DNA of 64,000 nucleotides from assembly GCA_964594865.1 (NCBI GenBank), contig CAZQMZ010000001.1, forward strand, positions 11,563 through 75,562. Reading direction: 5' to 3'. Both the position numbers and the translations under genes were made by a program. The notes beneath the pieces are model-generated. The model worked only from the letters and a program-made list of their open reading frames with translations. It did no database searches and had not been told where the DNA came from. This DNA is from an uncultured Lachnospiraceae bacterium. Its GTDB lineage: Bacteria > Bacillota > Clostridia > Christensenellales > UBA1242. This document shows, in pieces, positions 49,701-61,700 of the stretch (positions within the stretch are counted from its first letter, which is position 1; each line of letters begins with the position of its first letter).

Positions 49701-52700
49701 TCAACAGCGCTGTGACATTGACTGTGAACTTCTATACCGATGACGACGAGCTTGTTTATTATGGTTCCACCAACTTGGCAGTGAATTATTTGCAAGAAGC
49801 ACAAGTCAGAGTTGGCGGATCAACCACCTATTTGATGTCAAAAGGTGACACCGCTGTTGTCACTGTGACGGTTGGTGCAGATCAAACGCTTTCAAACATT
49901 TCTCTTGAAAATGTTTCTTCAAACATTGACCTAACACTCACTTCTGTGGAAGTTCAAAGCAATCAAACTGTCTATACATACACTTTGACAGCATATGTCG
50001 ACGCCACATTGGAAGGCGATGATGACACCGGCATTTTCTATGTCTGTGCCGACGTGCAAAGAGTGATCAATGGTGTGCAGGAAATCAAACAAAGCAGAGC
50101 AATTGTTTGTCTTGTTGATTTCACAATCGACGGAAATGGTATTTCAGTCAATGCAAGCGGATCTCAGGCGACATATTATGGCGTGACGGCGGATGTCTTC
50201 TATCTATATCGTGGCTCAACAGACACGCTTTCATTCAATTACACCATTTTGCCAGAGAGTTATTTATATGACAGCACAAATCCAAGTGAAGTTTCTGCTG
50301 TCAACGATTTGATTTCAGCACAAAATGAATTTAAGAGAAATAATTATTATAAAGATGACAACGCTGGATATTACATCAACTATTCATACAACTCAACCGA
50401 AGGGGCATATGAAGCACTCACACTCAAACAACAACTATATTATGTTTCAAGTTCAAACACCAACACTTCGTCTTCGATATACAACGGCACATCAATCATC
50501 AGCAATGACTATTTCACCATTGTCGAAAGCGAAAACACAGGTGTCAATATTTTGCAACTCACCGGTGTGAGAACAGGTGTGCAACTGATGAGATTGCGCA
50601 CAACTGTGATATATCAAAACATTGAATTTTCTTACGATTATTATTTCTTCGTCGTTGTTGCCATTCTCTCTGACGAAGAAACTCCAACACAAATCACAAC
50701 AGCAAGTGAATTTGTGGACTATCTCACAAATTCCAGCGAAGCAGATGACTATATCTTGATGAACGATATTGTTTTGGATGACTATACACCGCTTGACACC
50801 GATTTGGTTTCAAGTTTGGACGGAAATGGCTATACTATTCATATCAACAGTTTTGCTTATCCAGAAGATTCATCCACTCTTGAACTTGCACTGTTCAACA
50901 CCGTCGATGAAGATACGACATTGAAAAATATTCGTGTGAACATATATTCAGGTGGACAGATCACTGTGGATGTGCAAGATTACAGCACCATAAACATCGC
51001 AGGCTTTGCCATCACAAACAACGGAATTATTTATAACTGCGAAGTTGTTTCATTCAAAGGTTCAAATCAAACAACCACATATTCAACCAACGGAATCGTG
51101 GTTAACTTTACCATTGGAAACAACACTGACCCGGTTAGAATGACAGACAGTCTTCTCAGTCAATATAATGTTTCAAGCACAATCAGTGGTTTTGTTTGCG
51201 AGAACAATTCTTCCATTGTCAACAGTCGTGTTGGCGGAGACAGTTATCGCGAAGTTGTCACCATTTCAGGCATAAACTATCTTCAATCTCAAACACTTGG
51301 CACCTTCACAATTCAAGGGCAGGGCAGTGTTTCTGGTTTTGTTGGCACAAACTCGGGAAATATCAGTGCTTGTTTTGCAAAAAATATGCAAATTTACAAC
51401 AACACAAGTTCAAGCGTGTCAGTAACTTCTGGATTCATCATGACAAACACAGGCAACATTCAAGGCAGTTATATTGAAGGTGTGGGCAATGGCATAGACA
51501 GTCAAAACAGAATGACAAACATCTCCACAATGGGCATTGCAGCAGGTTTTGTTTATTCAAACAGCGGATTGGTGAAAAATTCATATTCAAACATTGAAAT
51601 TGCAAGCGATAGTGACTATAAACCTTCTTTCGCTTCCGGCTTTGTCTATATCAACGAAGAAAGTGGCGAAATCACGCTTTGCTATTCGGCAAGCTATGTT
51701 GACACTTCGGACAGCAATCAAATGCCATTCACCGGGTTGGACGGCAATTTGAATTCTTTGAATTATGGCACAATCACAAATTCATATTTCTATTGCAGTG
51801 ACGCAACTGACACCACAAATCAGTCTTCAATAACATCTGGCGTCACAGCTGTGAACAATTTGACAACAGACCCACAAGACAAACTCTATGGTTTCACTTT
51901 TGCTTCAGATGAAGAATCTTATGACGGCATTTGGACAACCACAGAAACAGGCATAACACTTGTTGCAGCAAACAGTATTGCATTCTCAAATCGTTATTCA
52001 GTGACGATTGACAATGTCACATATATATATTACAATCGCACAGTCATCGACTCATCAACACTTCAAACAATTGACATTTCATATGGAAGCATCAATAACC
52101 CAATCATCTTGCGTGATGCTTATGACTTTGCTGTGGCAACAGGCGATGCAACAAGCACAACAATTTCGTCGTATGCAGAATATTATGATGACACAACAGT
52201 ATATGGACATTATCGAGTTGTGAATGATATCGACATGAGCGAAATCGACCTTGACTTGACAGGTGACAGCGCAGTGAACTTGACCACAACAACAAAGACC
52301 TTCACAGGACTTTTGGATGGAAACGGCTTCACAATTTCAAACATCAATTTGCGTTCGGAAGAAGAATTGGACAACTTTGGACTTTTTGCAGAGTTGGACG
52401 GTGCGGTGATCATGAACATCAACTTCACGGTTGGAAATATCACCGACACGAGAGTGAAAGTGATTGGCACACTTGCGGGCACAGCAATCGACAGCACTCT
52501 TGTGGCAATTTCAATTTCACCATTGGAAGGCAATGATGACATCAGTGTGACGGGATATAACATCGTTGGTGGTGTTGTGGGCATACTTATAGGCGACAGC
52601 AGTTTCAGCGACATCACTGCAAGCAACATGATCATCAACTCCACATACAATGGCACAAAATATGTTGGTTCGAATGATAATCTTGTTGGCACTTATTTGA

Positions 52701-55700
52701 GAAATTACATTTCAGTTGGAAATTATAACAGTGTCAGCACACTTTCTTATGCCGGCGCACTTGTTGGATATGTTGACATATATAACGCTTCCAACCCTGA
52801 CTATGTGAGATATGATTCTTCACTCAGTGTCAGTGACTATGACATCACAAGCGTCCGCGTGACCGATTCTGTGGATATTTATGGGCAGGTTGTTGGCGGT
52901 TTGTTTGGTTATGTTGGCGAATCGACGTACATCTATGACGCAAGTTTGATTCTTGACGCAGATATGGATGGCAACAATCCATCATATATCGTCTCCAAAA
53001 ATCTTTATGCAGGCGGTTTGATTGGTGAAAACTATGGCGGACTGTTTGCTGTCTATGCTTCTTATAGCGACGATTTGCAATATGAAATTGAAAGCGGTGA
53101 ATATTCATATTACAACGGCTCTTCAAGCGTAGAACGTGGACAAATGGACATCTTCTCACACGAAAAGAACTCGGGCGACTCGGCATTGTATGTCGGCGGT
53201 CTTGTTGGATATATGGGCGGTGGATTCATCACTGTGGCATACAGCAAAATCAATGTCATTTCAAACACAGCAGAAGCAGTTGGTGGCATAATTGGCTTGG
53301 CGGGAACTTTGAGCAACTCCTTTGAACTCACTTTTGCTGAAAATATTTCAAGTGTGGACATTTTCTTATATGATGTCTATGCTTCTGGTGACCTTTATTC
53401 CGAAGTGGGAATAAGTGGTGGCATAATTGGCGCGATAAGAGACAACGGCGCCACACCGATAATTGCCATGAAAGATGTGCTGGCAATGAATTATTATTCC
53501 ACAACGCAAACAACAATAGAAGGTGGTTCTTCTCAAACAGTTCTTGCTGGTGGCACTCACTATGTTTTGGTCGGCGAGATCTATTCCTATAACTCTGATG
53601 GAACAAACAGAACATCATCTTTGAACAGCAATTTCTATATCATCGACAGCTTGAATGACTATTTCAACATATACAATTCAACTTCCACTTCAACGGAATA
53701 TAAATCAAACACAGTGGGTGGATATTCAAGCATAACAGCGTCTGGCACAACAATTTCATTGAGTTATTTAGGCTTTGGTGAAATCAGTCAAGAAACTTTG
53801 GGAGAAAACTTGCTGATTGCAACGCATATTGGAACACTCTCTTCCATGGCAACCGCGTATGTGAGATATAATTCCTATTTCCTTGAAAATGGCTGGCAAT
53901 CGGCATATTGGGAACATAAACAAAACTATCTTTTCCCGAACATTCAATTGATTCCTCAAATCAACGTCATTTTCTGGGATGTTGACAACACCGAAGAAGT
54001 TTTGGCAGCAATTGAAAGCAATCCTTCTGTCACAGTTGTTGTGCGTGGCCGTGTGGACAGTTCCAGCGACAACAACCAAGAATGGGCGGATATTGATTTA
54101 ACTTCAGTAACTGATGATGTGAAAGAATATTTTAAAACGAATTCAGTGATCGGCGAATTTACTGGAACATTGATTTCTTATTACAAATATGTCAACTCTC
54201 ATGCCGAAGGATATGTCACAAATGTACATGCAAATGGATATGGTGGCGAAGCAGGTGATGATGTTGGACTTATCATCAACACAAGTTTGTTTGCAAGTTT
54301 GAATGGTGCAACCATTGAAGGATTGAACATCTATCTTGTCGCAGATGAAGATGAAGATAATGCAGATGAAGAGATTGATTACACTTTGGTGTATGGTGAT
54401 GTGGAAGATTCACTCTTCACCGAAGTCAACATCTTTATGAATAATGACGTCAGTTTGACGGCAAAGAGTTTTTCAAGCGACACAACAACAGCAAGCAGTG
54501 GACTTATCTCCAACACTGCATATTCAACAACATATTCAAGTGTGAATTTTGTGATGAGAGCTTCAAATATAAGTTTTGATACTGATGACTCCACAATCAC
54601 AGCATATTATGGACTTGTGGCAGGATATATCGATCAAAACAGCTCGCTCAGTGCCACCAGCATTCGAGAAATCACTCTCACAAGTGAAAATTCCGATAGT
54701 GAAAATTCCAATGATGATACAATCAAGATCATCAAGATCAATCTTGGCGGTGACAGTGTGCAAAATCTTTATGCCGGAATCATTGCTGGCTTATTGAAAA
54801 GAAGTGGAGCAATGAAGTCCACGCTTTATATATCCAATTTCTCAAATGTTCAAATGAACATCAATTGTGGAACTGAAGTGGCGGTTAATGAAAAGACAGT
54901 TTATATCGGCGGAAACATCGGTCATGTGGAATATATCACACAAGTGAGTTTCATAGAGTCAACCAGTGATGAAGATAATGAAGAATTGCAAATCATTCAA
55001 AATGTAAACTTGACGAAATTGTATGCTGGAATTGTCTTCGGAAATGTTGAAATCTCTTCTTCCATAACCATTTCAAGTTCTTCTTCAAACACAATTTCTG
55101 GTGCAATTTATCAAAAGGCTGACGAAACTTCTGGCGACAACACCACCGGCGTCAGCGGTGAAGTTTATATTGGTGGCATTGCTGGAAAAGTCAGTTCGTC
55201 AGTTGTTTTGCAAAATGTTTCTGTCAATATGACTGTGGCAAAACTTTCTGACAGTTCTGTTGATTTTGATGCAAACACCAGCACATATAACACAAGTTCA
55301 TTTGAAATAACTTCTTCAAACGACAGCATGAACAACTCAATTGGTGGTTTTGTTGGATATTCCTTAAGTGGCACGATCAGAGTTACCGGTGCATCTTCGA
55401 TTTCTGGAAATATTGATGTCAAGTCAGCATATGCTTTAATCTCAGTTGGTGGGGTTGTTGGAAAACTTGACGAAGGGTTGGAGGTTGCAGCAAATATAAC
55501 AAATTCGCTCAACATTGCTGTCGATGGCTCAACGGCATATGTCGGTGGCTTGGGTGGTTTTGTTCAAACCAAAAATAGTGAAACAGATGTTTCAATCACT
55601 GTGGCTGGAAGCAACGGAGGCAATTATGCGAGATACACAGGCATTGTGCTTTCAAATGTCAGCACATTGAAATTTGGTGGTGCTTTTGGCTATATTGCAA

Positions 55701-58700
55701 GAACAGATTATGACAACAGAGACAGTGCCATAGAAATCACCAACTTTGTCTATGGCGGGGCGGTGAAGATCTATGGCTCAAACAGTAACGGAGCAGATAT
55801 CTCTGTTGGCGGTGTTGTTGGCGAGTTTGCAGTTGCCAGCTCAGATTCATATGGATCTTATACTGCTTTCCAAAACAGTAATGGTGGATCCGATTCTTCT
55901 TACACCATCACGAACAGCTATTCCTATGGTGATGTGTTTGTTATGTATTCTTCTTTGTCAGGCAACTTGACAGGAAACCTTTCATATTACAACTTTGGCG
56001 GAATTGTCGGCAAGGCGTCATATGTCTATATTTCGGAGTGCTATTCCCTTATGACTTCTTTCAACAGCAAAGTTGCAATATACAACACAGTCAATGTGTC
56101 AGACCATGTTGGCGCAATTGTTGGTGACAATTCAGCATTGGTTAAATTTGTGGGCAACTATTATTCTTCTGGCGTTTGCATGGCATATCAAGAAGAAGAC
56201 GAAAACACTGACGCTCCATATGGCACTGGCACAAGCACAGTATATTATGGCTATTCAAATGTAATTGATTCGAGTTCAAGTGGGACAATATCTTATTCAA
56301 GAGATATTTTGAGTTTAGGGGATTTTGCAAATGTGGCTTCCGGCACTTTGCAAGGAGAAAAGCTTAATCCTAAGAAAATTGAGAGCACTCCTGCTTGGGA
56401 CAATTTCTTCACTTCAAACATAAATTCAACGCACAACATCTCTTGGGTGGCTTTGACAGTGGATAAACTTGAAATTGAAAATCTTTCAAACTATGAAGGC
56501 AACAACATCTTCTCAAATTGCGTGCTTGTTGGAAATGGGCAAACAATCTCTGTTTCAAAAGACTCTGCAACTTCTGGGACCACTTTTGGCGGATTGTTTG
56601 ACACAATGGGGAAAGAGGAGAGTGCGAATAATTATGAATTGTCCTTCTCAGCAATCACAGGCTTGATTGTCGATCTTGAAATCACCGATTTTGACTCTCC
56701 AAATAGCTCTGCAACTTTTGGTGGGCTTGTTGGAACAATGTATGGCAATTCGTTTATATATGGCGTTGGCGTGAAAGGTGAGCTGTCTGTTGGGGTTGGA
56801 ACCACTGGTTCAACTTTGACACTTGCCGGCATGGTTGGAAGTATGCAAGGCGGAAGCATCAGCGAAAGTTATGTCGATGCCACAATCACTCACCGCGGAG
56901 GATCAAGCGGTCTTGTTGCCGGAATTGCCAATGCAACTTCCAACACCACAATCAAGTCGACATATTCTTCTGGTTTGATTGAAGTATATTCGACTAACTC
57001 AACCAGCGTGGCAACAATTTACACTTTTGCAAACTATTCAGGCTCTTCCAACACCTTGATTGATTCTTACTCCATTGCAAACATTGAAAGAACATTCCTT
57101 GACGAAACAACATCATATTCAAGCAGTGACGACGATGAGTATGACTTGTCTATTGGCGGAACTTATACATCTTATGGCGAGGTTTACAACTGGTCAAGTG
57201 GAACTGGTGGGACGACTGGAAACAACTATCCACTTTCATATGATGAAACTGCAATTTCTGGAAATGGTTTGTATATTTCTTCATCGGAGGGTTCGGGCTC
57301 GACCTTTAGAACTTGGTATTTCAATCCATATATCAACTATGGATACGCTTCGCACGGCTTTGGTTATCTTAAAAATGTCACAACATACACAAGGTCCAGC
57401 AGCACCGAAACAAGCAGCTCCGATACAAACGATGACGAAACATCTGTTGTGGATGAATATGAATATACTGCGGTGTCATATTCAGATATTTTAAATTCCA
57501 CTTCATCTTCTTCATCTTCTGAAGATGAAGAATCAGTTTGGTACTTGGGCGTGTTGAATGCAACAAAATTCAATCAAATGCTTGAAGTGGCTGATTCAGA
57601 TTCAGTAAGCAAAAACTGGAATTTTGTGATTTTGTATGACATTGACATATCAAATGTTACAAAAGGGGAAGATATTGGAAGCAGCACCTACAATGTGACC
57701 ATTGATGGCGCAAATCACACTCTTGATTTTTCAGGTGTTACTGATATGTCAAAAGCATTGTTTGGAACCGTGTATGGAACGATTGAGAATTTGCGATTGA
57801 GTGACATCAATGTTTCAAATGCACAAGGCACTCTTGCCACAAGTGTGACGGGCGATCTAATCAACATCACTGTTGTCGGAAGTTTGACCATCACTTCAAC
57901 TTTGGATGGCGGTGCTGGCGGTGTTGTGGGCACTTTGGCTGGAAATGCAACGGCGGTTTATTCAGTTGTCAATGTCACGGCATCAAACGTTGGCATTGTT
58001 GGCGGTGTTGTGGGAACATTGTCGTCAGGAAAAATTTCATATTCTTCCAACGCAGGCGAAATTGTGGCAGAAGGGTCAAGTTCTTCTATGTCATCATACA
58101 CATTCAATTATATTAAAGCATCCGGTGAAATAAGCGATTCAACAGAAACATTAACATTCAACCTCATCGTTGGCGGAATTGTGGGATATGCATCTTCGGA
58201 CACAACTGTGGAAAATTCGTATAACGAAAATGCTGTATTGGCGAACTATACCAGCAACAATACTTCAGCAAACTCTGTGGCTGGCGGAATTGTGGGATAT
58301 TTAAATGGTGCAACAATCACGAATTCATACAACACCGGCATGGTGGGAGCTGGAAATTATTCAAGTTCATATAGTTCGGCTTATAACTTTGCTGGCGGAA
58401 TTTTTGGCTATGGCACGGCTGGAACAAGTGTTAGCGATTGCATCAATGACGGCGCTGTTGAAGCAATTGGAGAGATGAACACAAGAAAAGGAACAGGATA
58501 TTCGATTTCTGATGAAGTGACGGACGGAGATGAGGAAGAAGATGATTACTCCACGAATCCTGACTCTGTGACAGTGAGATACACTATAACATACAATCCT
58601 GGTCAATCCCGAAAGGTTTATGCGTATGGCATTGGGTTTATTATTGGTGAAAATGGCAAGATTGAAGATTGCTCAACATCAACAGACAACATCAAAAACG

Positions 58701-61700
58701 ACGGCAACATTGGTGAAGTTCCAGACACACAATACATGGTGTTTGATCGAGCCGCAATGTTGGATCAATATCAGTTGAATGAGACAGATATGGTTGAAGG
58801 AAAATTCTCTTTGAGTGAGACTTCAAACTATGTAGTCAACGGCTATGATGCATATGGCATGCCAGCAAGAATTTATCTTGAAGACACCATGATCCGCAAA
58901 ATGACAAATTATGCGGTTGACTATGACACCGCGCACTATAATGGAGATTTGTTTAATGGAATAATGCTTAGTGGTTATCTTTATGCTTACAATATTGATG
59001 GAAAAGAGTCATACACCAATTCTAGCATCGTGTATAGTAGTGGAGTCGAAAGTCTTTCAGGTCTAAGTTCTGGCAATGACAACATCGAACTTACTGACTA
59101 TATTTATTATCTCGCTTCGGAAACAACATATTATTCTTCAGTTTCTTTTGTGCAATATGAAAGCATTTTGGACGACACTTCGGTGCTCGGATATGTTTCA
59201 AGTGGAACTTTGGATATCGAAGAATATGACAGATCCTCAACAACAATTGAAGACGAGATTTCAAATATTGATGAAATGACAGAAGACAACAGCGACACTC
59301 TCACGCAAACAACAGTGAACGGAAAGAGTGTGGCAATTGTCAAGAATCAAGCAAATCTCATCAGTGTGATTATGCCATATGAGGCTGATTTTGAGTTTGA
59401 AATTGAAATCAACGACACATATTTCAACGAAGATACTACTTTGCAAATTGAAATCTCTTGGACTGAAGGTAGCGAGTCAGTATCTCCACAATATACGTCA
59501 TATGAATATGAAATTGACGAAGGTTCAAATGGCGTATATACGGTGACAGTCACTGGGACATCGTATTTTGGTGAAGCACACACCAACATGACGGCAACTG
59601 CAACCATTTCGTATGAAAACACATATGAGGTCACTCTTTCAAAGAATAATGTTGTGCTTGACGGCAGTCAAGTGAAGATTTATCTTGATTATTATGGTAA
59701 TTTAGACCCATCAGGCTGGATGAATGATGAAAGTTTAAGTTACACACTCACTTACACAACAGAAGAAAATGATGAAACTGTCGAAAAAGAAGTCCCTCTT
59801 ACAACGATGCAACTTGAGTACAGTGTAACTGATGGCTATTATCTTGTTGGAAATAATATACAAGGTGGTGTGGACATATATGATTTGTTGGGCTCTGGTG
59901 CAACAATCACAATTTCATATCGTTCCACAACAGAAACTGAAAGCGTATCGATTTCTGTTGAAACAGAAACCGACACGGAAACAATTGATTTGGTGGAGAA
60001 CCAAATTCCAAGTAGCAGCAACACTATCAAGGGTTATGCAGATACAACGCTTAGCGCTTTGGAAATGGAGATAACAATAGACGACGTTACACAAACTGCT
60101 TCTCTTGATTTATCAGAGCTTCTTTCAGAATTGGGCAACACTTCAAAACTTGCGTTTGGATCGGGAAGTGATTATGTCACATATGATGGAACCACTTGGT
60201 CAACCTCAAATGGAGATGACATTGAGTTTGAAATTAACAGTGACACACTGACAATATCTTTATCATCTTCATCTTCAAGCGATTTGCAAGATGTTGTGAA
60301 CAAGATGTATGGTTGGACGATTTATTACAACGTTGTTGGAGAAATAAGTACTGGAACCTCAGTAACCAACGCCACCACAAGTGTTTCATATGATGATTAC
60401 ACTTTGTATTATTCTCTTGTTATACCAGAAAGATTTAATCTAAATGAAAATGTGATGCTAGAATATACCGGAAATGATATAAATTCTGAAGAAGGCTTGA
60501 TAATTTATGAAACTGAGACCGTTTTTGGAATTGAGTTCTATACATACAGTCTTCCTTATGAATTGACCGGTGGAACAGTCAACTTCCTTGAAGATAAAGG
60601 TTATGAAATTGAAGTTTATACAAATGACCAAACCCTTGTCAACTTCTTGCAAGGCGTTGGAGAATTGGAATTGACAATTGGTGAGACTGATGGAGATGTG
60701 AATATTGGCGAAACTCTTGTCATCACATACTACACAAGCACAGCAAGTTCAGATGAATTTGATTGGAAATTTGATGACGATTTGTCTTTGACGTTCACTT
60801 TAAGTAATAGTTCTGGATCTTCAAGCGATGATGAAAGTGAGGAATCTGTGTATTATACTGTCACAAAAGAAGAAATTGGCACGTGTAGTTATTGCGGCGG
60901 ATCTTGCACCGCTGTGACCACCACTTGGGAGACAGATGAAGTTCTTAATAATAGTGAAACCGACTACGTCAACTATTCATATTCTTATACCATATATTCT
61001 TGCGGAGCAATTTCTGTGACTTACACCGCTGGGAAGTATGTCTATAATTATGTCTATAATGAGGACTCAGAGAGTTACACAGAGAGTTACACAATAACCG
61101 TTGTTTCTGAAAGATATGAGCTCTATAAAGGAACTTTGACAAAATATACAGGAACTGCAACAGGTGATGAAGAGTCAATTACATGGAGTAACGGCTCAAA
61201 TGAAAATTTAGACACGACTGTGTTTACTGGAATAGAATTAGATTTGATTGATATAGCATTGGAAGACTATGAATTCACTGTCATTGTCATTGTGGGGGAT
61301 TATGACGAAAACAACATTTATTTTGTAAGAAACTTATATGACTCTGATGATTATACCTATACCTTAGCTGTAGACGGAAACATTCCATCCAGAAACGAAA
61401 CAACTTTGAGTGATTTTGAAACAGGAAATACTGAAAGTGTGACTCTCACAAACACTGGAACGGTGAGTTATAGTTATAGACTCACAACAGAATCTTCATA
61501 CACAAGTGTGAGCAATGAAACAACATTGAAATATTCAGACAGCGCTCCATATGACTACACGACTTACAAAATTCTGCGTTCTTTCACAACTTCAGGAACA
61601 CGTGAGGGAATTTCAACAAACGCGGATAGTGCAGAGCAAGCTGATGCTGAATATGTGATTTTCAAGAATGACATTTCTGTTGGAATATATACTTTTAGTT